Assembly (NCBI GenBank): GCA_030753015.1
Contig: JASMDC010000043.1
Coordinates: 1-30,261 of the forward strand
Reading direction: 5' to 3'
Source of the DNA: Candidatus Undinarchaeales archaeon
Lineage (GTDB): Archaea > SpSt-1190 > JASMDC01
DNA length: 30,261 nt
Under the pieces are notes generated by a model. The model was not told the origin of the DNA and did no database searches. It saw only the letters and a list, made by a program, of their open reading frames with translations. Shown here piece by piece: positions 1 to 8,501 of this stretch. The position numbers and the translations under genes are program-made. The stretch's first letter is position 1. Each line of letters opens with the position of its first letter.

Positions 1-1
1 C

Positions 2-148
2 GGCATGGTACACCTCCGTGACACCGTCCATCGTCTTCACGATGGATCCCGTCGTCCGTGTGGCACCGCTGTCAGCGATACTCAGCGGGATGAACAGGAT
101 AAGGAAGACTAGCAGACACGTTCCCAGAGTTGACAATAAGGATCTCAC
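2..148 (-). CDS. Secreted protein, 5' part only (runs off the window start)
   Basis: Manual translation from GTG at 148: MRSLLSTLGTCLLVFLILFIPLSIADSGATRTTGSIVKTMDGVTEVYHA..., which reads as a signal peptide. Purine-rich SD (GGAGGGGAAGGGG) lies just upstream and a TATA-like TATATATT at ~193-200. Not in the ORF track. Confidence 0.7.
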   Translation of the reverse strand, partial: MRSLLSTLGTCLLVFLILFIPLSIADSGATRTTGSIVKTMDGVTEVYHA

Positions 149-253
149 TAGCCCCTTCCCCTCCAATTACTAGAATTAATAGGAGCGGCTAGAATATATA
201 GCCTTCGCTCTGCGGAAAGCGCGGTATCGCTTCCCCCGGCCTCACATGCGATA

Positions 254-2362
254 CTAGAGCGTGTCCCACTCGTCCTGAGGCTCGACCTTGGCGTACTCCG
301 TGGCCTTGTTCTCGAAGGCAGGTTGCTGCGGGGGCGGAGGCGCTTGGGTCGGAGGCGCTCTCGGTGCGGCCGTCGGGGGAGGGGCCGTTCGTACAGGTGC
401 GGTAGACCGGACGGTCACGACCTCCTCGCCACCACCGCCACCGCGCCTTCTAACGACCGTGAGCAGAAGCGCAATGATGATGAGACCGACTACGAGCACG
501 GCACCGGCCGGGGGCCCATCGTCCAGTTCGACCTCGGGAAGGTGCTCAAGTAGCGTGGACGACTCCTCCAGAAGAGCGAGCGCCTTGGCAGGTTCACCCT
601 CCGCGATGAGACGACCGGCCTCCTCGATGATGCTCCTGGTCTGCTCGGCCAGTTCCTCTTCCTTGTCCGAGAGCTGGAGCTTCTCGACTGCGATTAGGTG
701 GCTCTCGGCCTTCTCTAGCGACGCCTTGAGCCGTGAGTTATCGACCTTCACTTCGGCCGTTACCGAGAAGGACTGGCCAGCCTTGTTCCGCCAGGTGAGC
801 ACGTTCCCATTCCGCTCATCTGGCTCCGGCTTTGCGTCCACACTAACAAAGATCGCGATGTCCGTGTCCTCGAAGGCGAGCACGGTCGTGTGGCCGGGCA
901 GTTCGCCGTCAAATGTGAACATGTCGCCCCGCTGCTCCAGGGTCTCGGCGAGCGTGATGTCGACCTCGGCCCGGTCGGTCGTGACCGAGATACTGCCTCC
1001 GCGAAGTATGGGGACATGCTTGCCCTCATCGAGGCGGGCCGCCTTGGTGACGTTGGCCACCAGTTGGTCCATCCCGTGACCGTTGGACTCGATGGAGAAC
1101 GCAACGCCCCCGGTCTGGGGCTTTAGAGAGATGGCGAGCTTCGAGAGATCCAGGTTCAGGGCGCTGGTGACTATGTTTGAGACGATGTCGCACTTGACCG
1201 AGCATCCCGTACCGGTGATGAGCTTGTCGATGATGGAGGGGCTGCGCTCCACGATGCGCCGTTCCATGTCGAATCCCTGACCGATCGATCCCTCGTTCCT
1301 GCACTCGTCCATGCACGAATCCCTGAGGGCGGCCGCGATCGCGCCGACGTCGTATTCTACGTGTTCCATCTCACCATGGACACGTAAATCGAGGATCTGG
1401 CCCTTTGTAGAGAACGAGATGCTGTTCTCACCCTCCCGCAGGATGGGGACGGAGACCGGCGATTCCGCCAGCTCCAGGAAGAGGTCGCCCAGGTCGCCCA
1501 GGTTCCGCGCGTCCAGATCGATGGACACGTCGATCCCGACACCCGCGGGCTTGACCGTGAGAGATAGGTCGAGGGCGAGGTTGGCAAGCGCCCTCGCGAG
1601 CTTGTCGGCCTGGGCCGACGACATCTCTCGCCGGGCCTCTGCGACGAGGAGGTCCTGCCACTCGGAGACCGTGACGTCAACATGCGTACCGACGACATTA
1701 AAATCATCGACTCGGGTGGCGACACCCTCCTGTGCGAACTCCTGGTTCATGGCACCCAGCATGAACTGCACCTGGTCGGTGGGAAGATCGGGAGTGTCCA
1801 GGCTCACCGAAACCGTCCCCTTTTCTGCCTTAAGAGTGACCGCGATATCAGGGATCTCACCGGGCGCCTGATCGGCGCGCAGTCGTCCCTTGACAGCAAT
1901 GCTCGTGCGTGTCGTGCGCGCGTCGAGGTAACCGTTCAGGGGTACCGGGACACCTCCGGCCGAGACGTTCAGCCCGTATCGCATCTTCTTGCCATCGGAC
2001 GAATAGTCGAGGTCCACGATCCCGACTTCTCCCTCGCCGGGCGCCCAACCGTCGACCTTCACTGAGAAGGCGCTTCCCAGGTCGGCCTTGCCTTCGAACC
2101 GTGAGCCGTCGCCGTCCTTGATGGGTCCCTTGGCCACGAGCGTGCCAGTGTTGTCGGCCCGTACCGTGAGGCTGAACTCCGCAGCGTAGTCCTCCTCAAC
2201 AGGCTCGATTGCGATGTCGTCCGGCGGCATCCCGTAATCGATATCATCCTGATATTCGGGTATTGCCTTTATCGGGAGGGGTATAGCCTCCTCAGCGATC
2301 ACGGGCGCTAGCAGGCTGAACAACAATGCTGTTACGAGCAATAGGGCGGTTCTACGGTACAT
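254..2362 (-). CDS. Large membrane-anchored cell-surface protein (~702 aa), function unknown
   Basis: Start moved to ATG 2362 (MYRRTALLLVTALLFSLLAPVIA, signal peptide; GGGGG SD). Acidic ectodomain, C-terminal TM (AVLVVGLIIIALLLTVV) followed by RRR, then a Gly/Pro-rich tail. Confidence 0.8.
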   Translation of the reverse strand: MYRRTALLLVTALLFSLLAPVIAEEAIPLPIKAIPEYQDDIDYGMPPDDIAIEPVEEDYAAEFSLTVRADNTGTLVAKGPIKDGDGSRFEGKADLGSAFSVKVDGWAPGEGEVGIVDLDYSSDGKKMRYGLNVSAGGVPVPLNGYLDARTTRTSIAVKGRLRADQAPGEIPDIAVTLKAEKGTVSVSLDTPDLPTDQVQFMLGAMNQEFAQEGVATRVDDFNVVGTHVDVTVSEWQDLLVAEARREMSSAQADKLARALANLALDLSLTVKPAGVGIDVSIDLDARNLGDLGDLFLELAESPVSVPILREGENSISFSTKGQILDLRVHGEMEHVEYDVGAIAAALRDSCMDECRNEGSIGQGFDMERRIVERSPSIIDKLITGTGCSVKCDIVSNIVTSALNLDLSKLAISLKPQTGGVAFSIESNGHGMDQLVANVTKAARLDEGKHVPILRGGSISVTTDRAEVDITLAETLEQRGDMFTFDGELPGHTTVLAFEDTDIAIFVSVDAKPEPDERNGNVLTWRNKAGQSFSVTAEVKVDNSRLKASLEKAESHLIAVEKLQLSDKEEELAEQTRSIIEEAGRLIAEGEPAKALALLEESSTLLEHLPEVELDDGPPAGAVLVVGLIIIALLLTVVRRRGGGGGEEVVTVRSTAPVRTAPPPTAAPRAPPTQAPPPPQQPAFENKATEYAKVEPQDEWDTL

Positions 2363-2419
2363 GAGGATATCCCCGGAGGAAGATAGGTACTTCCAGAGAA
2401 CGTGAAGGCAAGTATGGTG

Positions 2420-2458
2420 TTTAAATGTTTCCATCGCCTGCCCCGTGCCTTTTTATAC
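2420..2458. promoter_or_regulatory. Divergent archaeal TATA boxes
   Basis: TTTAAA at 2420-2425 for the minus-strand surface protein gene. TTTTTATA at 2450-2457, 24 nt upstream of ATG 2481. Confidence 0.55.
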
Positions 2459-2480
2459 CTTGACCGGGTCCCGGCAGCCC

Positions 2481-3923
2481 ATGCCGACACCGGCCGACGG
2501 GACCACGGGCATCCTGGTCGGGGGCGAGTCCCTCGTCTCGGACATCCCTCTGCCCGTCGAGGATCCGGCCACATGCGATGTAGTCCGCACGGTCCATGCC
2601 GCTGACGAAGGGCTGGTGAACGCTGCCGTCGATGCGGCTGCCGATGCCCTTGACCGGTGGAGCGGAACCCCTGTGCGCTCCCGGCAGAAGGCGCTCACAA
2701 TCCTCGCAGATGCCCTCGGATCACGGTGCGAGGAGCTCGCCCGCATCCTCACTCTGGAGCAGGGCAAGCCGCTGGCGGAGGCCCGGCGCGAGGTGCTCAA
2801 CGCCGCCCGCACCTACCGGTACTACGCAGGACTGACAATTGCACCGGAGCCCGTGCGGGACGACGAGCGCGGCACGGTCACTGCGCATATGGAGCATGTG
2901 GGTGTATGCGCCCTGGTGCTTCCTTGGAACTACCCCGTTTCCATCATGTCGTGGAAGCTCGCCCCCTGCCTGCTCGCCGGGAACACCGCGGTCATCAAGC
3001 CCGCGATGACGACACCGCTTGCCGACTGGATGGTGGCCGCCATGGCCGACAAGCTCCTCCCACCCGGGACCGTGAACGTGGTGTCGGGAGGTGACGAGGT
3101 GGGCAGGGCCCTGGTCGCTCACCCGGCTGTGGATAAGGTCTCTCTCACGGGGAGCGTGGCCACCGGGCGTTCCGTGGCCGAGGTCGCGGGACGTGGACTC
3201 AAGCACATCTCCCTTGAGCTCGGTGGGAACGATCCAGCCGTTGTTTTCGGCTCGGTACGACCGGAGCGTGTCGCGTCCCGGCTGCTGCGGGCGGCCATGC
3301 GCAACGCTGGCCAGGTGTGCGTAGCGGTCAAGCGGCTCTATCTCCACGAGGACGTGGCGGACGCAGTGCTCGAGCGCATGGTCGCAGAAGCACGTGTCAT
3401 GGTAGTGGGTCCCGGCCTAGATCCGGCCACGCAGATGGGCCCGCTCAACAACCGGCCACAGCTGGAGCGCGTGAGGTCGCTCGTGGAGCAGGCACAGGAC
3501 GAGGGTGGAGAGGTCGTGTGCGGAGGGATCGTCCCTGATGTGTCGGGCCATGAGCGGGGTCTGTTCTATGCCCCCACCCTGGTGACCGGGCTGGAGGAGA
3601 ACGGGGCGCTCGTTGCTCAAGAGCAGTTCGGTCCCGTGCTCCCGGTCCAGACCTTTTCTGACGAGGACGAGGTGCTAGCACACGTGAACTGTACAGAGCA
3701 CGGTCTTGGTACCTCGGTATGGGACTCTGACATCGAGCACGCCAAGACGTTCGCTGCCCGGATCAGGGCCGGTACCGTCTGGGTGAACGCACATGCCGGG
3801 ATCGACGAGGCGGCACCGTTCGGCGGGATGGGGATCAGTGGTGTTGGGCGAGAGCACGGTCGCTGGGGATTGGAGAGCTACGTCCAGTGGAAGACCCTCA
3901 ACGTGAGCCGGGATCCCGTGTAG
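2481..3923 (+). CDS. NAD(P)-dependent aldehyde dehydrogenase
   Basis: Motifs PWNYP, KPA, TGSVATG, LELGG (catalytic Glu), GQVC (catalytic Cys), EQFGP and PFGG..SGVGRE. ATG 2481 preferred from TATA spacing. Confidence 0.95.
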   Translation: MPTPADGTTGILVGGESLVSDIPLPVEDPATCDVVRTVHAADEGLVNAAVDAAADALDRWSGTPVRSRQKALTILADALGSRCEELARILTLEQGKPLAEARREVLNAARTYRYYAGLTIAPEPVRDDERGTVTAHMEHVGVCALVLPWNYPVSIMSWKLAPCLLAGNTAVIKPAMTTPLADWMVAAMADKLLPPGTVNVVSGGDEVGRALVAHPAVDKVSLTGSVATGRSVAEVAGRGLKHISLELGGNDPAVVFGSVRPERVASRLLRAAMRNAGQVCVAVKRLYLHEDVADAVLERMVAEARVMVVGPGLDPATQMGPLNNRPQLERVRSLVEQAQDEGGEVVCGGIVPDVSGHERGLFYAPTLVTGLEENGALVAQEQFGPVLPVQTFSDEDEVLAHVNCTEHGLGTSVWDSDIEHAKTFAARIRAGTVWVNAHAGIDEAAPFGGMGISGVGREHGRWGLESYVQWKTLNVSRDPV

Positions 3924-3961
3924 ACATTGCCTATTTATGTGATGATTGGCATCCTTTCACC

Positions 3962-4399
3962 GTGAGCAGGACGAGCGCGCTCCTGATGGTCATCGCCCTC
4001 CTACTTGCAGGATGCATGAGCAGCGATGGCGGTACGAAGCGGTACGAGTGGTCCGTTGACCTGCTCGAGGCGAACTTCCTCTGCGACCGAGGGAATGAGG
4101 GGGTGAACGCCCGGTGGATGGACACCTCATCGTCGTCCGTGTTCCTCCACGTGCTCAACCGCAAGCTCACCACGTGCGATGCTTTCATCCGTGGGAAGTA
4201 CCGTGTCGAGGGGCAGGTCATAACAGTAGAGCTCGTCAACGGAGTGGTCCCTGCCTGCAAGCCTCTGAATGAGAACTGCATCCTCGACACGGAGATGAGC
4301 CTTGCCGAGCCTGCCGTTGATCCGACAAAGGACGTCCAGATCGACGTTGTCATCGCCGGAGGGCAGACCTATACGTTGACCCTCCCCGCGAGGACATGA
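3962..4399 (+). CDS. Lipoprotein of unknown function (~145 aa)
   Basis: GTG start 3962, lipobox LLLAGC, four further Cys. TATA-like TATTTAT at ~3932-3938. Confidence 0.75.
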   Translation: MSRTSALLMVIALLLAGCMSSDGGTKRYEWSVDLLEANFLCDRGNEGVNARWMDTSSSSVFLHVLNRKLTTCDAFIRGKYRVEGQVITVELVNGVVPACKPLNENCILDTEMSLAEPAVDPTKDVQIDVVIAGGQTYTLTLPART

Positions 4400-4462
4400 G
4401 CATCCTGCCCACCATCCAACGATGCACTTATTAGCCAGACAGCCTTAGTCCCACACATTGAT

Positions 4463-4660
4463 ATGGTGAGCGAGATGCCTGGATCTGATGACGGACGAGG
4501 ACGGATGGGAGGGCCCGAGATCGGCCCCGGTGGCCATTGCACTTGTCCCTCATGCCGTGCGACCGTCCCCGAAACGAGAGGACGTCCCTGCTACCAGACA
4601 CCATGCCCTAAGTGCGGTACACTCATGATAAGGGCCCGGGAGTCGGGTCGCGAGGTCTAG
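4463..4660 (+). CDS. Small Cys-rich metal-binding protein (GRGRMGG...GPGGxCxCPxC...PC...CPKCG family)
   Basis: Gly/Arg-rich leader plus six Cys in a pattern typical of small archaeal and bacterial metal-binding proteins. A diverged partial copy lies at 6721-6834. Confidence 0.75.
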   Translation: MVSEMPGSDDGRGRMGGPEIGPGGHCTCPSCRATVPETRGRPCYQTPCPKCGTLMIRARESGREV

Positions 4661-6006
4661 GCTGCATCCTGGTCCTCGGCCTCCAACCGGCGCCGCTCTG
4701 CGTGGAACCTGGCTGCATTGCGCACCAGTGGGTACGCTTCCGTGATGGGGACACCCTTGATGAGAAGGGAGGGATCCTTGCTGGCGACACCCCAGAAGAG
4801 AGAACGATAGTCGTCCATGGTCGCCTCGGTAGTGATGATGCGGTCCACATGATCCTCTGTCCCGGAGGCCGCGACCGCGTCGACCAGCCGGCTGAGGTTC
4901 GACTGGAGTTGGTTACTGAGGAGCATGTTGAAGAAGGGCTGGGACCCGTTGTTGAGGTGCCCCTCCACCGGCCTGATAGTGTTCAGCTCGTATGCCGAGG
5001 TCCGCCCCTCTCGAAGTCTTTCATCGAGCTCCTGCGCTACGTTCCTGTAGTTATGGATGATCGTGTTGAACCCGCAGCCCGTGAGTGGCGTCGTACCAGC
5101 GGCGTCCCCGAACAGGAACACTCGGTCCAGTGGTGCGACCGTAAATTCCGCATTCCCGCCGAGGGTGAGGTCCGTGTACATGGGGATGTTACTGAACTTC
5201 TCTTCCTCGAGCCTGAAGCTCCCAGGTTCCTTCTCGATGAGGAACTCGTGGCGCCGCTCCCCGAACTCCGTGCGCATACCCTCCAGATCGTAGGGTTCGT
5301 CACGGGCGGTCTTGAAGTACCAGAGCACTGCACGGTCCTCGTCCACGGGGAACAGTTCCCAGAGGTAGCCGTCACCGCCGTCGTCACAGGTAGAGTCGAT
5401 GACGATGCCCTGGTCAGCATCGAATTCGATACCCGAGACGACACCGCCGTAGACCGGGTAGGAGAAGTTGGGTCTGGGATTGTGCTTCCGCGCGACAGGT
5501 GACGAACCGCCGGTGGCATCAATGAACAGTCGGGCACTGATCTCTTGTTCCTGGCCCTTGGCGTCCCGTGCCTTGATGTGCACGGCGTCCGGATCGGAAC
5601 TGACATCTGTGAAGGTGTACCCGTTACGGACCGTCGCTCCGTTGTCGGCCAGCTTAACAGCGAAGTAGTCCAGGAACGCATGTTCGTTCACGCAGACGGT
5701 GAGCGCATCATTCAGTATGATTTCGTGCTCAGCATCGCGGGAGCGAATGAGACCGCCCTTGTTATAGTGTCGCTTCACCAGGCCGCTCTCGTTGAGCCAG
5801 TCGACGTTCTCCTCGTAGGATCGGTCCGGGTTGCCGAGCGCGTTCACGAGCTCGTTGTAGGAACTGTTCCATGCCTTTGTGGTCTCCCCGACGGAATCCT
5901 GCTCGAGCACTGTGACATCGTACCCACGCTCAGCGAGCTCAGCGCCGAGAGTCAGTCCTGCGGGACCGCCGCCTCCGATGACGATATCGGTGTCGTACGC
6001 CTCCAC
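4657..6006 (-). CDS. FAD-dependent oxidoreductase, CruA/CruP lycopene-cyclase-like (geranylgeranyl reductase superfamily)
   Basis: GGGPAG Rossmann motif, AWNSSYNEL (compare EWNISxxEL), IDATGGSSP, YLWELFP and GDAAG..PLTGCGF. TATATATA at 6032-6039, 26 nt upstream of the GTG. Confidence 0.8.
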   Translation of the reverse strand: MEAYDTDIVIGGGGPAGLTLGAELAERGYDVTVLEQDSVGETTKAWNSSYNELVNALGNPDRSYEENVDWLNESGLVKRHYNKGGLIRSRDAEHEIILNDALTVCVNEHAFLDYFAVKLADNGATVRNGYTFTDVSSDPDAVHIKARDAKGQEQEISARLFIDATGGSSPVARKHNPRPNFSYPVYGGVVSGIEFDADQGIVIDSTCDDGGDGYLWELFPVDEDRAVLWYFKTARDEPYDLEGMRTEFGERRHEFLIEKEPGSFRLEEEKFSNIPMYTDLTLGGNAEFTVAPLDRVFLFGDAAGTTPLTGCGFNTIIHNYRNVAQELDERLREGRTSAYELNTIRPVEGHLNNGSQPFFNMLLSNQLQSNLSRLVDAVAASGTEDHVDRIITTEATMDDYRSLFWGVASKDPSLLIKGVPITEAYPLVRNAARFHAERRRLEAEDQDAA

Positions 6007-6097
6007 GGGCTCGGTCCGGCCAGGTCCCCGCTATATATACGTTACGATGGGACCGGGGCCACAACACGGATATAACTAAGGGATGCAGTGATGATCG

Positions 6098-6646
6098 ATG
6101 GCCGACGGTGAGGATGCAGAGGCTGTGTTGATCTCGGCCGGCATAGGAGTGTTCCTCCTGCTCACTTGCGTGGGATTCATCGACATAATGGGCGATCCGC
6201 GGGACGTGCTGGTGGACCGCGACCTTAGTGGACGGGCACAGACAGTCCCGGGCATCGTGCTCGGGATCGAGGACACGTACCACGAGATCAACGAGGAGAC
6301 CGTGGAGGTCATAGGGTTCAAGTACACGGTCGACGGGAAAGACTATGAAGGGCAATCCTATACGTCCGAGTATAGCGTTCTGAACGCGCTAAAGGTGGGC
6401 GGGCCCGTGACTGTTGAGTACCTTCCCGACGCACCGCACATCGGGCGTGTGAAGGGAGCTTCCGCCTCACAGGTCCCGTGGTGGACCTTCCTCGTCCTCA
6501 TACCGTTCATTCTGCTAGGTCTGTTGATGCTGTACTGGAGCGCGTCCAGTATCGGCCAATCGATCCGTGGTTCACAGAAGACTACCGAAGGTACCTTCGT
6601 CGACGCGAGTGGCCAATCTGTCAAGGCGCCCTGGCACGAGGGTTGA
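6098..6646 (+). CDS. DUF3592-like membrane protein, copy 1 (182 aa)
   Basis: TM, beta-rich domain (FKYTVDGKDYEG...VGGPVTVEYLPDAP), TM. Paralogous to 6913-7461. Confidence 0.85.
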   Translation: MADGEDAEAVLISAGIGVFLLLTCVGFIDIMGDPRDVLVDRDLSGRAQTVPGIVLGIEDTYHEINEETVEVIGFKYTVDGKDYEGQSYTSEYSVLNALKVGGPVTVEYLPDAPHIGRVKGASASQVPWWTFLVLIPFILLGLLMLYWSASSIGQSIRGSQKTTEGTFVDASGQSVKAPWHEG

Positions 6647-6653
6647 GGCGCTC

Positions 6654-6720
6654 TCAGGTATTCTCCCCATCGCCTTGGAACACGCTATCAGCGTCGATCT
6701 CTGTGTTGGTCTGCGGGTGC
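6654..6720 (-). pseudogene. 3' remnant of the C13 peptidase gene
   Basis: Encodes HPQTNTEIDADSVFQGDGENT*, versus HPQINTEIEADSVFLGDDEKA* at 7469-7535. No in-frame start before the upstream stop. Confidence 0.8.
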
Positions 6721-6843
6721 CCCTCATGTGGTGCGACCGTCCCCGAAACAGGGGGACGTCCCTGCTACCAGACACCATGCCCTAAGTGCGGCACACCTAT
6801 GATAAGGGCCAGGGAGTCTGGACGCGAGGTATAGGCTGCGTCC
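6721..6843 (+). repeat. Diverged copy of 4547-4669 (3' part of the small Cys-rich gene plus the last codons of the oxidoreductase)
   Basis: Ungapped manual alignment, 110/123 nt identical, offset 2174 bp. Confidence 0.9.
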
Positions 6844-6850
6844 CACGTCT

Positions 6851-7535
6851 TATACGTTACGATGGGACCGGTGTCACAACACGGATAAAGCTTGGGTCCG
6901 CAGGGATGGTCGATGGCGGACAATGAGGGGACGGCCGCAGCAGGCGTACTGGCCTTCATCGGTATTGCGTTCATTCTCATGAGCTCGCTGTTCTTCGTCC
7001 TCATGGGCGATCCGCGGGACGTGCTTGTGGACCGTGACCTGAACGGAAGGGCTGAGACGGTCCAGGGCATCGTGCTCGGGATTGAGGACACGAACACCGA
7101 GGTCAACGAGGAGACCGTGGAGGTCATAGGATTCAACTACACGGTCGACGGGAATTACTATGAGGGCGATTCCTACGCGACTGACTATAGTGTTCTGAAC
7201 TCGCTCAAGGTGGGCGGTCCCGTAACGGTGGAGTACCTCCCCGATGCACCGCACATCGGGCGAGTGAAGGGCGCGTCCTTCTCCCAAGTCCCGTGGTGGG
7301 TCTACCTCATCCTCACACCATTCATGATCGTCGGTGTGGCGATGGTATGCGGGAGCGCGGCCATGATCGGCCAGCGGATCCGTGGCTCACAGGAGACTAC
7401 CGAGAGCACCTTCATGGACGCGAGCGGCCAGACCGTCAAGGAGCCCTGGCACGAGGGATGAGGCGCTTTCAGGCCTTCTCGTCGTCTCCGAGGAACACGC
7501 TGTCCGCTTCGATCTCGGTGTTGATCTGCGGGTGC
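6851..7535 (+). repeat. Diverged copy of ~6036-6720 (promoter region, DUF3592 gene, peptidase 3' end)
   Basis: Both begin TATACGTTACGATGGGACCGG and end TCTGCGGGTGC. Constant offset of 815 bp. Confidence 0.9.
6913..7461 (+). CDS. DUF3592-like membrane protein, copy 2 (182 aa)
   Basis: ATG 6913 gives the same length as copy 1. Central domain is 84/99 aa identical by manual count. Confidence 0.85.
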   Translation: MADNEGTAAAGVLAFIGIAFILMSSLFFVLMGDPRDVLVDRDLNGRAETVQGIVLGIEDTNTEVNEETVEVIGFNYTVDGNYYEGDSYATDYSVLNSLKVGGPVTVEYLPDAPHIGRVKGASFSQVPWWVYLILTPFMIVGVAMVCGSAAMIGQRIRGSQETTESTFMDASGQTVKEPWHEG

Positions 7536-8404
7536 TCTTCGTAGCGGCCGCCGTTGCCAGGGGCGTACGGATCGTTCTCCAGAGCGTACTGGAACGCCTC
7601 TGCAATGGATACCTTGCCGTCACCGTTGAAGTCAGCCTCCACGGGATTGCCCTCCCAGTCCCTGCCGCGCATGGCGCTGAACAGGGCATCGGGGAATCCG
7701 TCCATGGGGTGAGCTATATAGGAGGACTCGTCGGCACTGCACGCGGATATGGCGATCCGGTAACCGTTCCCGAGAGCGTCGGCGAATCCGCCCGAGTGGC
7801 ACTGGTCGAACACCAATACCTGCTTCTCTGACTTGATTTTATCGACGTGCTTCTGGAACTCGCTGACGGTGATCTCGTCGATGCCCCACCAGCCGGCGGC
7901 GCCTTCCTTGCGCAGGCAGATGGTGGACTCTCCACCCTTGGTGCCCCCATGATCGGTCGAGTAGAAGAAGAACTCGTCCTCGGGGCGCGCCTTCTCCGCC
8001 ATGGTGTCCAGGGCGTCAAAGACATCGCTCTTGTAGGCAGGTCCGTCCACGATCTTGTCAGATCGGGCCTCGAAGGTGTAGCCGGGAATGGAAGTGACTC
8101 GTTCCCCGCGCACCGAACCACTATCCTTCGGATCCCCGTCGGGCCGGTCCTCGACATACACGTCGGGATCCTCCCCGTGGTCGTGGAGGATGATGATGTT
8201 CTCCTCCTTGTAGCCCTTCTCAAGCAGCATGTCATGCACGAAGGAGATGTTGTTGTAGAACGAAGATGAATCCGCGTACCCGTTGACGATAACAGCGTAC
8301 TTCTGCGGCCCTTGCAGCGCTTCAGGTTCTGTGACCTCTAGATCCAATGTCATCATACCCCTTTCTTGAGCCGGTGCAACCATGGCACACAGGCTCACGG
8401 TCAT
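7469..8404 (-). CDS. C13 family (legumain-like, clan CD) cysteine peptidase
   Basis: KYAVIVNG strand, catalytic His in FFYSTDHGG, catalytic Cys in DQCHSGGF, C-terminal ADFNGDGKVSIAEAF motif. Start is ATG 8404 (fits the TATA at 8423-8430) or ATG 8356. No signal peptide. Confidence 0.85.
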   Translation of the reverse strand: MTVSLCAMVAPAQERGMMTLDLEVTEPEALQGPQKYAVIVNGYADSSSFYNNISFVHDMLLEKGYKEENIIILHDHGEDPDVYVEDRPDGDPKDSGSVRGERVTSIPGYTFEARSDKIVDGPAYKSDVFDALDTMAEKARPEDEFFFYSTDHGGTKGGESTICLRKEGAAGWWGIDEITVSEFQKHVDKIKSEKQVLVFDQCHSGGFADALGNGYRIAISACSADESSYIAHPMDGFPDALFSAMRGRDWEGNPVEADFNGDGKVSIAEAFQYALENDPYAPGNGGRYEEHPQINTEIEADSVFLGDDEKA

Positions 8405-8501
8405 CTTCGGCGGATGAACCGGTATATAAACGTTACTGTTCCGGCACCTGGGATACAATTGCGGGAGGTCCGGTCCGGGGCGTCGCGGTGGAAAAATTCT
8501 T

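Noticed and set aside
4612-5502. Long antisense and alternate-frame ORFs (e.g. 4612-5502, 288-1079, 26561-27793, 11956-12819)
   Set aside because: Shadow ORFs of well-supported genes, caused by high GC at third codon positions.
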